A DNA stretch of 64,000 nucleotides from Mobula hypostoma (taxonomy: Eukaryota): contig NC_086108.1 of the NCBI RefSeq assembly GCF_963921235.1, forward strand, positions 33,854,001-33,918,000, in the 5' to 3' direction. Positions within the stretch are counted from its first letter, which is position 1; each line of letters opens with the position of its first letter. A program made the position numbers and the translations under genes. Below, piece after piece: positions 40,604-53,648 of this stretch. Under the pieces are notes generated by a model. That model was given only the letters and a program-made list of their open reading frames with translations, was not told where the DNA came from and did not search any database.

Positions 40604-42527
40604 ATTAGATTAGATTCAACTTTATTGTCATTGTTCCAAGTACAGATACAAAGCCAATGAAATGCAGTTAGCATCTGACCAGAAATGCAAAGAATAGTGT
40701 TATTTACAAAATAACTGTGAATAAAAAGTAGTGCTACAGCACACAAATATAAAAGTACTGAGACAGTACAATATGGGTGCAATACTGCTTAGCACTGTGA
40801 TGTGAGGTTCAGCAGGGTCACAGCCTCAGGGAAGAAGCTCTTCCTGTGCCTGCTGGTGCGGGAGCGGAAGCTCCTGTAGCACCTACCGGATGGGAGGAGA
40901 GTAAAAAGTCCATGGTTAGGGTGAGATGCATCCTTGATAATGCTTTTCGCCCTGCCCAGGCAGCGTTTATGGTAGATGTTCTCAATGGTGGGCAATTGGG
41001 TGCTGATAATCCGCTGGGCAGTTTTCACCACAAGCTGGAGTGCTTTGCGGTCTGATACGAGACAATTGCCATACCACACTGAGATGCAGTTGGTGAGTAT
41101 GCTCTCAATGGTACAGCAGTAGAAGTCCGTCAGTATCCTGGGACAGAGGTGAACTTTCTTGATGCTCCGCAGAAGATAAAGGTGCTGTTGCGCCTTTTTG
41201 ATCAGGATGGAGGAGATCAGAGACCAGGTGAGATTTGGAAATGTGGACACCAAGGAATTTGAAGCTTGATACACGCTCCACTACAGTTCCGTTGATGTAG
41301 ATGGGGACGTGAGTGTGGCTCCTAGCATGCCTGAAGTCCACAATGATCTCCTTGGTCTTCTGGGTGTTAAGGGCCAGATTGTTGTTGGCGCACCACGCGG
41401 CCAGGTGCAGGACCTTGTCCCTGTACGCCGTCTCGTCATCCCCTCTGATCAGGCCAACCACCGTGGTGTCGTCTGCGAACTTGATTATGGAGTTACAACC
41501 ATGTACAGGAACACAGTAATAGGTGAAAAGGGAGTACAGAAGAGGGCTCAGCACACAGCCTTGAGGCACGCTGGTGATCAGGGTGAGAGTGGAGGAGGAG
41601 AGGTTGTCTAACTTAACAGATTGGGGTCTGTTAGTCAGAAAGTCCAAGGTCCAATTGCAGCGGGATAAGCTGATACCAAGCTGGCGAAGTTTGGCGATCA
41701 GCTTGGAGGGGATCACAGTATTGAATGCCAAACTAAAGTCAAAGTCAATGAACAGTATTCTGAAGTAAGAGCTGGGGCTGTCCAGGTGGGCCAGGGCAGA
41801 GTGAAGTGCCGTGGAGATGGAGTCCTCTGTTGACCTGTTGGTGCGATAGGCAAATTGATGGGGGTCTAGGGTAGTGGGCAGACAGGTTTTCAGATGTGAT
41901 AGAACCAGTCTCTCAAAGCATTTTGCAATGATGGGGGTGAGTGCAACTAGGCGGAAGTCATTCAGGCCAGTGGCAGTGGAATGCTTCGGCAATGGCACGA
42001 TGGTGACAATCTTGAAGTTTGTGGGAATAACTGCCTGAGCTCGGGACAGATTAAAAATGTCCGTGAAGACCCTGGCCAACTGCCCTGCACAGACTCTGAG
42101 CACACGGCCAGGTATTCCATCCGGACCAGCTGCCTTCCGTACATTCACCCTGCTCAGGGTGGCGCAAACATCAGAGGTGGAAAGTGAGGGAGGCAGTTCA
42201 CCAGGTGGGAAATCCGCTTTGAGGGTGACCTCCTTGTTCTCTCAGTCAAAGTGAGCGTAGAAGTAATTGAGCTCATCAGGGAGGGAAGCAGAGCTGGAAG
42301 GGGACACAGTACTAGGTGGTCTGAAGTCTGTAATGACCTGTATATCATGCCACATGTGCCGGGGGTCCAAGGAGTTGAAATGCTCCTCGATTCTCTGTTT
42401 GTTTAGCCTGAGAGATTCCCCCCTCAGGTTGGCCCTGGCTGAGCTGTAAGCCTCCCGGTCTCCAGACCTGAAGGCTGAATCTCTGGTTTTAAGCAGGAGG
42501 TGAACTTCTCTGTTCATCCATGGTTTC
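40604..42527 (-). mobile_element. Young Rex1/Babar LINE with 347-aa RT ORF (41105-42148)
   Basis: [46 protein letters not shown]. (AATCT)n tail at ~40604-40617. Confidence 0.95.
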
Positions 42528-42752
42528 TGACTCTTCTGCTCATGTTCTCGATATTATTTATTTCTTTATTTCTCTTTTGTACTTTGCTTAGTTTGTTGTC
42601 CTTTGCACATTGGTTGTTTGTCCATCCTGTTGGATGTGGTCTTCCACTCATTCTATTCTGTATCTTAGAATTACTGTGTCTGCCTGCAAAAATGAATCAC
42701 AGATTGTATATGGTGACATATATGTACTTCGATAATAAATTTACTTAAAACT

Positions 42753-42865
42753 TTATTCTAGCTTCTGCCCCTTTCCTTTCTAGTCCTAATGAAAGGTCTG
42801 AGCGCGAAGCGTTGACTGTTTATTCCCTCCATATCTGCTGCCCGACTTGCTGAGTTCGTCCAGTC
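42753..42865 (+). mobile_element. Displaced end of the Penelope inverted arm with degenerate hammerhead
   Basis: Matches the reverse complement of ~38195-38306. Hammerhead remnant AGTC-CTAATGA...GAAGC-GTT-GACT. Confidence 0.75.
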
Positions 42866-44574
42866 ACACAGACAGCTCTGGAGGTCAAGATCAAACTGGG
42901 CTTATGGAGACACTGAGGCAGGAGCACTATTTGCTGTGCCACTGTTCAGCCACTGCTATTAAGTGACATTTAACAGATGGCAAGCGTGTTCTCTCAGGAT
43001 CCTAACCCTAACCTGAATCCCCTTCAGGTTAAGATGTTTGCAGATAGATATAAACATGCTCTTCACTGGGAAGAAAGATGGAAGATATGGTATATTGTAA
43101 GAATGTGAAATTATGCACTTTAATTTGAAAAATAAAAAAAATGTCTTTTAAACAATGAGATTCAATAAGAAACAATCAAACAATTCAAATTCTGGTTCTT
43201 GGAATTTTTCAGGTTTGTGGTAATGAGATGGGAGATATAGAAAATATTAGGAAAACAGAACGCAAATGTTGGCCTTTATTCAAAGGGGTCAGGGTACAAA
43301 TGCAAAGAATTCTTTGGTGAATTCTCATTTGGTGCTATGTAAGAGTATGGCCCAAACACTGGATTTTTGAAGAATGATATGATGAGCACACTTCTGAGGG
43401 TGGCTGAGAGATTATTTTCTGTAGTTGAAAGTTCTAGAGCCAGCAACTAAAATCAGTATAAGGGAAGAGTCACTTAGAACTGAAATAAAGGAAAATCTCA
43501 TTTGCAGAGTGTTGTAGGTCTTCAGAATTATTTACCTTGCAGATTGTGAATGCTTATATGTAAATATATGTGATTATGATTTCTTACATATGAGAATAAT
43601 GTAAATATTCTCCATTGAGTAATGTTTTAACAGTTAACAGTCTCATAGCTTTTTAACAGCCTTTTTTATTTTGAGGTACAGGATCCATCATGATTATATA
43701 GAGAGACAGATCAGGTTTAAGAACTACTGTATGTGGCCAACTCCTGTTTCTATTAACATACTTATGAATTCAAGGTGTTTCTGGGAGTAATTCAGTGTAC
43801 CTTTTCAGGTTGTGTTACCCAAGGCTTCTGCACTTCAATGAGCTGCAATAAATTGACTAAGTCACGCACCCTTCCGTAAAAAAATGATGCCTAGTTACAT
43901 AAAGTTCAACTAAATTTTTAATGGTTTACTTAGCCATAATGCTCAAACAAACTGCTTCTACAAAGCTAACATAATGTACTTACATTTCATTATTTGCTAG
44001 CAGCTTTCTTGCTTGGATATTTCAAAATACTAGAAGTTTAAAATGTTCACTTCATTTCAATGTTTTCAAAATGTTTGTTTATGATAACAACTGATTTTTT
44101 TGTTTAGCTTTGTTACATATAAAAAGTTAAATAAAATAGATTGCTGATTTGTTGTAGAGGGTGGTAGGTCTCTAAAATCCTCTGCCTTGCAGGATTGTGA
44201 ATGCTTACATAGTCCTAATAATATAAATATTCTCCATTGAGTAATGTTTTAACAGTTAACAGTCTTTTTAACAGCCTCTTTGATTTTGAGGTACATATAG
44301 AGAAGCAGATCAAGTTTATGAGCTGATTTTCTCCCAGCTTAGCTGCTGCCTGTGACACTCACTACACAGGAGCAACCTGACAAGCAGAAGCTATGAGGGA
44401 AAGGTGAATAGCAACTCATTTTAAAATCACAAACGAAAGAAAATCTGCATTTAAAAAAAATCTCTCTGTTGCAATTACCAACTTGAAAATCGGTGTAGAG
44501 GTAAAATGTACCATCTTAATGACAGCATTGTTATTGCTACCACTGGGAAGAAGAAATAGCAGAGAAATATTGCC

Positions 44575-47500
44575 ACAAGACCACAAGACCTAGGAGCAAA
44601 ATGAGACCATTTGTCCCATCGAGCCTGCTCGGTCAATCATCATGGCTGATTTATTATCCCTCTTGACCCAATTTTCCTGCCTTCTCCCTATAACCTTTGG
44701 TAGAAGAGTACGGCACAGGAGCAGGCCATTCAGCCCACAAGGTTGTGCCGAACCAGCTAAAAAGCAAATCAAAAACACCCAGACACTAATCCCTCCTTCT
44801 GACAGCATGACATACCAACCCCCCCATCTTCCTTACATCCATGTGCCTGTCCAAAAGTCTCTTAAAAGCCTCTAATATGTTTGCCTCCACCACCATATCA
44901 GGCAGCCCACTCCAGACATTCACGACTCTAAAAAACTTAACCCTCACATCCCCCTTGAACCCCGCCCCCTTCCCCCACCTTCAATGCATGCCCTCAGGTA
45001 TTAGACATTTCAACCCTGGGAAACAGATACTCTCTATCCATGCCTCTGATAATCTTATAAAGCTCTATCAGCTCTCCCCTCAGCCTTCAACACACCAGAG
45101 AAAACAACCTACATTTAACCAGCCTATCATGATAGCACGTGCTCTCTAATTCAAGCAGCATCCTGGTGAGCATCTTTTGCACCTTCTCCAAAGCCTCAAC
45201 ATCCGTCCTACAGTAGGGTGACCAAAGCTGTACATAATACTCCATATGTGGCTTAACCAGAGTTTTATTAGGGTACAACATAACCACTTGGCTTTTGAAA
45301 TCAACGCCTCAAGTAATGAAAGCAAGCATTCCATAGCCTTCTTAACCACTTTACTGACCTGTGTAGCCACTTTCAAGGAGCTACAAACGTGGATTCCAAG
45401 ATCTCTCTGCTCAGCAACACTGTTAAGGATCTTGGCCTTAATAGTGCACTGTCTCCTTGAATTTGCCCTACCGAGGTGCAACACCTCACATTTATCTGGG
45501 TTAAACTCCATCTGCCATCTTCCAGCCCATTATCTGCAACTGGTCTATATCTCTAAATACATACATACATACTACCAGCCCTGGCAGCATGTTCTATGCA
45601 CATACCGCTCTCAGTGTAAAAAAAAACTACCTCTGACATTCACCAGATTGATTCCTGGGATGGCAGGACTTTCATATGATGAAAGATTGGATCAGCTAGG
45701 CCTATACTCTCTGGAATTTAGAAGATTGAGGGGGGATCTCATTGAAATGTATAAAATTCTAAAGGGATTGGACAGGCTAGTTGTAGGAAGATTGTTCCCA
45801 ATGTTGGGGCAGTCCAGAACGAGGGGTCACCGTTTGAGGATAAAGGGGAAGCCTTTTAGGACCGAGATGAGGAAAAACTTCTTCACACAGAGAGTGGTGA
45901 ATCTGTGGAATTCTCTGCCACAGGAAACAGTTGAGGCCAGTTCATTGGCTATATTTAAGAGGGAGTTAGATAAGGCCCTTGTGGCTAAAGGGATCAGGGG
46001 CTATGGGGAGAAGGCAGGTATAGGGTTCTGAGTTGGATGATCAGCCATGATCGTACTGAATGGCGGTGCTGGCTCGGAGGGCCGAATGGCCTACTCCTGC
46101 ACCTATTTTCTATGTTTCTATGTTTCTATGCTGTATTCTTTGCCAGTCACTATTCAGAACTCCACCAATCTTGGTATCATCTGCAAATTTATTAATTTAC
46201 CCATCTACATTTTCATCCAGGTCATTTATATATATTACAAACAGCAGTGGTCCCAGCTCAGATCCCTGCGGAACTTCACTCCACAGACCTCTAGCTTGAG
46301 TAAGTCCCTTCAACCACTACCCCTTGTCTTCTACATGCAAGCTAGTTCTGAATCCAAACAGCCAATTTGCCGTGGATTTCATGCATTTTAATCTTCTGGA
46401 TTAGCCTCCCCTGAGGGACTTTGGCAAATGCCTTACTAAAATCCTTGAATGCAACATCCACTGCCCTACCCTCATCAAGCTCTCACTGGTTTGTCAAAAA
46501 ACTCAATCAAGTTGGTAAGGCATGACTTGCCACACACAAATCATACTTGTTCTCCCTAATTAGGCCGTGGGTTTCCAAATGCTCATATATCCTGCCCCTA
46601 AGAATTTTCTCAGCAATTTCCCTCCAACTGATGTGAGACTTGCTGGTGAATAGTTTCCGAGATTTTCCCTTGTTCCCTTCTTAAACAGAGGTGGAACATT
46701 AGCCCCTCATCAGTCCTCCAGGACCTTACCTGTGGCTAGAGAAGAAACAAAGATACTAGTCAAGGGCCTAGCAATCTCGTCTCTTACATCCTTCAATAAT
46801 CTGGGGTAAGTCCCATCAGGCCCGAGGGACTTATCCACCTTAATACTCATTAGGAGGCCCAACACTTCCTCGTCCTTGACCTCTAAATGCTTTAACATAT
46901 TTATACAGTTAGCACTGATTTCCTGGTCCTCCATATCCTATTTACTGATAAGTACTGAACCAAAGTACTCATTAACTACGTCACTCACATTCTCTGCATC
47001 CAAGCAAATGTTCACCACTTTATTGTAGATTGGTCCCACCCTCTCCCAGATATCCTTTTACTCTTGATGTATGTATAGAATGCCTTGAGATTCACCTTAA
47101 TCCTACTTGCCAAGGACTTTTCATGCCCCCTCCTGGTTTTCCTAATTCCCTTCTTTAGTTCTTTTCCGGCTTCTTTATACTCCTCACATGCTTCATTTGA
47201 TCCTGACTTCTGAAGCTTTACATACTTTTCCTTTTTCTCCTTGACTAAATTTGTCACCTCTCTGGACGTTCAACGTTCTCTTATCCTTCCATCTGTCCTT
47301 CCTTCTAACAGGAACATAACTTTCCTGTACACTGTGCAATTGATCTTTAAACACCCTCCACATGTTTGATGCAGACTTAACAGAGAAAAGGTGTTCCCAA
47401 TTAACACTTCTTAGTTCCTGCTTTACTCCAATTTAAAACTCTCTCCCACAAGGACCCAACACCAGGTCCAGTTCGGCCCTTCCTCTTGTTGTACCATCCA

Positions 47501-47900
47501 CAAAATGATTTCAGAAACCTTCCTGGGTACACTTAACAAATTTTGCATCATCCATACCCCTTACACAAAGAATGTCCTGGTTTCTACCAGGATGGTTGAA
47601 ATGCCCCATGACAACAACCCTATTATTTTTATTCCTTAATCTGATTATGTATCTGTTCCTCAATGTCCTGGTGGCTATTAGGGGGCCTGTAGTACTATCA
47701 CATCAGTGTGATTGCACCCTTCCTATTCCTAAATTCTACCCAAATAGACTCAGTGTATGACCCCTCCATTATGTCTCCTCTGAGGGCAGATGTGATATTG
47801 TCCCCAATTAGTAGTGCAACTCCACTCACTTTTACCTCCTCTATCTTTTCTAAAACTTTGAAAACCTGGTACATTAATCACCCATCCCTTCCCCTCTCTC
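44575..47900 (-). mobile_element. CR1 cluster: minus-strand elements with a plus-strand CR1 3' end at ~45637-46130
   Basis: FNPDKCEVLHLGR, KSLGPDG, NLKAFYTYIKSKR on minus. FTRLIPGM...RVVNLWNSLP with (tttctatg)n tail on plus. Confidence 0.88.
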
Positions 47901-47944
47901 TACTAATTTTCAGTAAAGACTGCAACATTGGAGTAGAGTAGGCG

Positions 47945-48400
47945 GCTGCAGTTGTAACCTTGTGAGAAACTGACGTTGAGGATAATCTTTAAGCCCCAGG
48001 TCAAGGAGTCTGGAGATGCATTTTCTTGAAATTACAGTATTGAAGGCAGAGCTGTAGTCAATAAAAAACAGTCTATCATAGGTGCCTTTACTGTCCAAAT
48101 GTTTGAGAGCTGAGCATCGGGACAGGGAGATGATGTCCACCGTGGAGCTGATTTGGCAGTAGACAAATTGCAGTGGATTGAGGTTGTCTGGGAGACTGGA
48201 ATTAATGTTTGCCGTGACCAGCTTCTTGAACACTTCATGATGGTGGATGTCAGGTGGTAGTCATTAAGGCATATGACCTTATTTTTCTTGGTATCGGGAA
48301 GACGGTAGTCTTCTTAAAGCAGGCGGGGACCTCAGGGTGAAGCAGGGAGAGGATAAAAATGCCTGCAATTACCTCTGCTAGCTGAACAGCACAGGATCTG
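47945..48400 (-). mobile_element. Rex1/Babar RT fragment
   Basis: NPLQFVY, FIDYSSAFNTV. Confidence 0.8.
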
Positions 48401-48614
48401 CAGACACTTGAAAAGGCTTTCTTGTGAGTTTCACAAATTAAGAAGTGGCAAGTTTTAAGTTGTTAATTGTAAGTTGATTGGCTAATTAGGTAATTAGCAG
48501 CAGCAAAGCAAATGAAAGCTGGCTCAAGCAGAGTGTCTAATTTGTCAGTGGTCATTGTGACAGTGGCCAAATGGAGGAGTGGGGAGCTGAGTAAGTGGCC
48601 GAGGAGTTGGGTGT

Positions 48615-48843
48615 TGTCGTAAACCATGTATATATGTTGTAACTCGGTTACCTGCCTGGACACACCCCTCTGCTGACTGCCCCTGTGGCTCCTCCCACAG
48701 AGTCCTGTATAAAGGTGTTCGCCTTGCCCCTCCCCTTCAGTCCGGGGGCAGACACTCACTGTGGAGGTCGTATTGTACAGTGAATAAAAGCCTTTCAGTA
48801 TTTTACCAAACCTCAGTCTTTTGGAGTAATTGAAGGTGCTTCA
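48615..48843 (+). mobile_element. Solo LTR (229 bp)
   Basis: TG...CA termini, 5-bp TSD GGTGT (48610-48614, 48844-48848), TATAAA at 48708, AATAAA at 48783. Confidence 0.85.
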
Positions 48844-48937
48844 GGTGTGTGGCACAAGTAAAGTTTTATATTGCTATTGATCCTTGGTACTTGTTGATGG
48901 GATGGTAATTAGGTGGAGGAATGCTCCTCCTGCAATT

Positions 48938-49390
48938 TAGACCATAAATAAAGAAGCAGAATTAAACCATTTGGCCTATCAAGTCTGTTCTACCATTCCA
49001 TCATGGCTGATTTATTATACTTCTCAATTCTTCTCCTTCCTTCTCCCCATAACCATTGACACTTATTAACCAAGGATCTATCAACCTACACTTTAAATAT
49101 ACCCAATGACTTGTCCCCCACAGCCTTCTGTGGCAAAGTATTCCACAGATTCACCAGACTGTGGCTAAAGAAAGTCTTCCTTGTCTTGGTTCTAAAAGGA
49201 TGTCCTATTCTGAGGCTGTGCCCTCTGGTCTTAAGCTCCTCCGCTATTGGAAAACGTCCTCTCCAAAGCCATTTCAGCTAGGCCTTCCAATATTGGATAT
49301 TGAGGTGGCCTCATTCTAAACTCCAGTGAGACCAGGCCCAGAGCCAGCAAGTACTCTCTTTATGTTAACCCGTCATTCTCATGAACCTCC
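48938..49390 (-). mobile_element. CR1 3' end
   Basis: Similar to 12938-13430. Confidence 0.8.
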
Positions 49391-52300
49391 TTTAGACCCA
49401 TTCTAGGTATGAGAAGTTGGGGAACCTTACAGTCTTCCTGATGACTTCATCTACGAGTGAACCAGGTCCACAGCCAGAGTAGTAAAGGCAGCAGTGAGTC
49501 ACTATAGTGAAAAAGAGCTTTAACCAGCAACCAATCTGGACATTGGAAATTTTGAAAGGAGGGGATTTAAATCGGGTACTCTGCTTGAGTAGAAAAGGCA
49601 GCAGCGGGTCGCTACAATGAGGAAGAGTTTTGACCAGTGACAATCGGCATTTGGGATTGATTAGCAAGAGCAAATTAAAGGAAGTCAGGGCAAGTGCATG
49701 GCCATTGTCATAGTAGCCATCGTCAAAGTGGACAGAGTTAGAGTGGTGATCATAATGCTTTAGCTCTTTCGAGATTTCAGTCAGAGAAAGAAAAGAAAAG
49801 CTCAAGGTTAAGTTTTTTTCCTTCTGTTCTTTATATCTTCTTGGCTAGGACAGTAGAGATGTCAGGCAGGATAGCTGAATGCTCCTCTTGTGGGATGTAG
49901 GAAGGCAGAGAGACATCCAGTGTCAGTGATGTCTACAACTGCGAGAAGCTGCAGTTTCTAACAATCCGCATTAAGGAGTTGGAGCTGGAAATGGATGAAC
50001 TCTGGATCATTCAGGAGGCTGAGGGGGTGATAGACAGGGTGTATAGAGAGGTAGTTACACCCAGGTACAGGATGCAGGAAACTGGGTGACAGTCAGGAGG
50101 AGAAAGGGGTTGACAAGCCAGTGCAGAGTTTCCCTGTGGCCATCCCCTCAACAGCAGATATATCACTTTGAACACTGGTAGGGGGTGGGGGGAAGGGGTT
50201 GACATCACAGAGGAAGGTCACAGTGTCGGGTCTCTGGCACTGAATCTGCCTCTGACTCATAAGGGAAGGGGAGGGAGAAAAGGCACACTGTTGTGAGAGG
50301 GGATTCATTAGTTAGGGGAATGAACAGGAGGTTCTGTGGGCGAGAATGATTTTCGTGGATGGTATGTTGTCTCCTGGGTGCCAGGGTCCAGGACATTTCG
50401 GATCGAGTCCTCGGCATTCTTAAGTGGGAGGGTGAACAGCCAAATCTCGTGGTCCATGTAAGTACCAATGATATGGGTAGGACGAGTCCTGAGGTTCTGC
50501 ATAGGGAGTTCAGAGAGTTAGGTGCAAAGTTAAAGGGCAAGACCTCCAGAGTTATTATCTCAGGATAGCTGTGTGAGACACATGCTGCTGAGGCCAAAAC
50601 TAGGAAGATTATACAGTCTAATACATGGCTAAGCAGTTGGTGTAGGAGGGAGGGCATAAGATTTTTGGATGATATGGCTATCTTCCAGGGAATGTAGAAC
50701 CTGTACAGAAGGGATGGTTTGCACATGAAGTAATATACTAGCAGGAGGATTTGTTAATGCTCCACAGTGGGTTTAAACTAGAGTTGCAGGGGGATGGGAA
50801 CCAGAATGCCAGAACAGATAGTGGAGAAGTTGTGGATGCAGATGTTGGTAAGACCTCAGACAAAGTTAGGAATCAAAGAGTTGAGCATGGTGTGACTAGT
50901 GATCTGAGCTGTGTATATTTCAATGCAAGAAGTATCGTAGGAAAGGCAGATAATAGTGCTGAAGATGAGGTAGCTGGTTTACAAAAAGAGGCGTGTAGCG
51001 AGGAGAGGCTATTGATAGGGCAAAATTGCAGTCAACAGGACGAGTTGCAACACAAAAGGTGGACAGTCAAAGGATGCTTACAGGACTGGAGGTGTTATAT
51101 TTAGATGAGGGCAGTATAAGGAATAAGGTAGATGAACTTGTAGCGCAGTTGCAGATTGGCAGGTATGATGTAGGCATCACTGAATCATATCTAAAGAAAG
51201 ATTATAGCTGTGACCTTAATGTCTAAGGATATATTTTATGCTGAAAGGACAGGCAGGAAAGCAGAGGGGGCCGCGTTGCTCTATAGGTAAAAAATTAAAA
51301 TCAAATAATTAGAAAGAGGTGACATAAGGTCAGAAGGTGTTGAATCATTGTGGCTAGAGCTAAGGAACTGCAAGGGTAACTGATGGGAGTTGTATACAGA
51401 CCACCAAGCAGAAGCAAGGATGTTGCCTACGAATTACAATGGGAGATAGAAAATGCATGCCAAAAGGGCAATGTTACAATAGTCATGGGGATTTCAATAT
51501 GCAGGTAGATTGGGAAAATCAGGTTGGCGGTGGATTCGAGGAGGGGGAATTTCTAGAGCGCCTACAAGATAACTTTTTAGTGCACCTCATGGTTGAGCCC
51601 ACTAGGGATCAGCTATTCTGGATTGGGTGTTGTGCAATGAAGCAGATTTGATTAGAGAAATTACGGTAAAAGAACCCTTGGGTGAGGTGACATAATATGA
51701 TTGAATTCACCCTGAAAGTTTAGAAGGAGAAGCTGAAGTCCGATCTCTCAGTATTATAGTGGAGTAAAAGGAATTACAGAGGCATGAGAGAGGAGATGAT
51801 CAGAATTGATTGGATAAGAACACTGGCAGGGATGACAGCAGAGCAGCAATGGCTGGAATTTCTGGAAGCAATTTGGAAAGCATAGGATATATCCACCTCA
51901 AAGAAGAAATATACTAAAGGAAAGATGACACAGCTGTGCCTAACAAGAGAAGTCAAAGCCAACACAAAAGCCAAAGCAAGGGCATAAAGTAGAGCAAAAA
52001 TTAGTGGGAAGTTAAAGGATTGGGCAGCTTTTAAAAACAACAGAAGGCAACTAAAAAAAATTCATTAAGAAGGTAAAAATGGAATACAAAAATAGGCTAG
52101 CCAATAATATTAAAGAGGATACCAAAAGTTTCTTCAGAGACATAAATTGTAAGTGAGAGGTTAGCATGGATATTGGACCATTGGAAAATGATGCTGGAGA
52201 GGTGGTAATGGGGACAAGGAAATGGCGCATAAACTGAATAAGTATATGCATCAGTCTTCACTGTGGACACACTAACAACATAGTGAAAGTTCCAGCTGTC

Positions 52301-53271
52301 GTGAAGTGAGTGACGATACCATTATTAGAGAGAAAGTTCTTGGGGAAACATCTGCTCTCACTCCATCCTCCGGCCACCCCACTAGGAATAGGGTTCCCCT
52401 TGTCCTCACCTACCACCCCACCAGCCTCCGGGTCCAACATATAATTCTCCGTAACTTCCGCCACCTCCAACGGGATCCCACCACTAAGCACATCTTTCCC
52501 TCCCCCGTCTCTCTGCTTTCCGCAGGAATCACTCCCTACTCGACTCCCTTGTCCATTCGTCCACCCCATCCCTCCCCACCGATCTCTGTCCTGGCACTTA
52601 TCCTTGTAAGTAGAACAAGTGCTACACATGCCCTTACACTTCCTCCCTCACTACCACTCAGGGCCCCAGACAGTCCTTCCAGGTGAGGTGACACTTCACC
52701 TGTGAGTCGGCTGGGGTGATATACTGCATCCGGTGCTCCCGATGCAGCCTCCTATATATTGGCGAGACCCAACGCTGAACACCTACGCTCCGTGCGCCAG
52801 AGAAAGCAGGATCTCCCAGCGGCCATACATTTTAATTCCACGTCCCATTCCCATTCTGATATGTCTATCCATGGCCTCCTCTACTGTCAAGATGAAGCCA
52901 CACTCAGGTTGGAGGAACAACACCTTATATTCCGTCTGGGTAGCCTCCAACCTGATGGCATGAACATTGACTTCTCAAACTTCCGCTAATGCCCCACCTC
53001 CCCCTCGTACCCCATCCATTATTTATTTATTTATATACATACATTCTTTTTCTCTCTCTCCTTTTTCTCCCTCTGTCCCTCTCACTATACCCCTTGCCTA
53101 TCCTCTAGGCTTCCCTCCTCCCCCTTTTCTTTCTCCCTAGGCCTCCTGTCCCATGATCCTCTCATATCCTTTTGTCAATCAACTGTCCAGCTCTTGGCCC
53201 CATCCCTCCCCCTCCTGTCTTCTCCCATCATTTCGGATCTCCCCCTCCCCCTCCTACTTTCAAATCTCTTA

Positions 53272-53583
53272 AAGGCATCTGTTAGTCTTGCTAGACCATG
53301 GATCTGCGCCTGGAAAGTCTTCACTCTCCAGGGCGCAGGGCTGGGCAAGGTTGTATGGAAGACCAGCAGTTGTCCATGCTGCAAGTCTCCCCTCTCCACG
53401 ACACCAATGTTGTCCAAGGGAAGGGCATTAGGACCCATACAGCTTGACACCAGTGTCATCGCAGAGCAATGCGTGATTAAGTGCCTTGCTCAAGGACACA
53501 ACACATTCCCTCGGCTGGGCCTTGAACTCACGACCTTCAGGTAGCTAGTCCAATGCCTTAACCACTTGGCCACGTGCCCACCA
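53272..53583 (-). mobile_element. tRNA-derived SINE with TSD
   Basis: A box TGGCCAAGTGG, B box GAGTTCAAGGC, CORE-like TGTGTCCTTGAGCAAGGCACTTAA. 10-bp TSD aaatctctta (53262-53271, 53584-53593). Confidence 0.88.
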
Positions 53584-53610
53584 AAATCTCTTACTAGCTC
53601 TTCTTTCAGT

Positions 53611-53648
53611 TAGTCCTGATGAAGGGTCTTGGCCTGAAACGTTGACTG
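53611..53648 (+). ncRNA. Minimal type I hammerhead ribozyme (Penelope-associated)
   Basis: UAGUC-CUGAUGA-A-GGGUC-UU-GGCCU-GAAAC-GUU-GACUG: stem I, core, stem II, GAAA, palindromic ACGU, NUH site. Confidence 0.8.

Noticed and set aside
53500..53583. tRNA-like sequence
   Set aside because: It is the head of a TSD-flanked SINE, not a tRNA gene.
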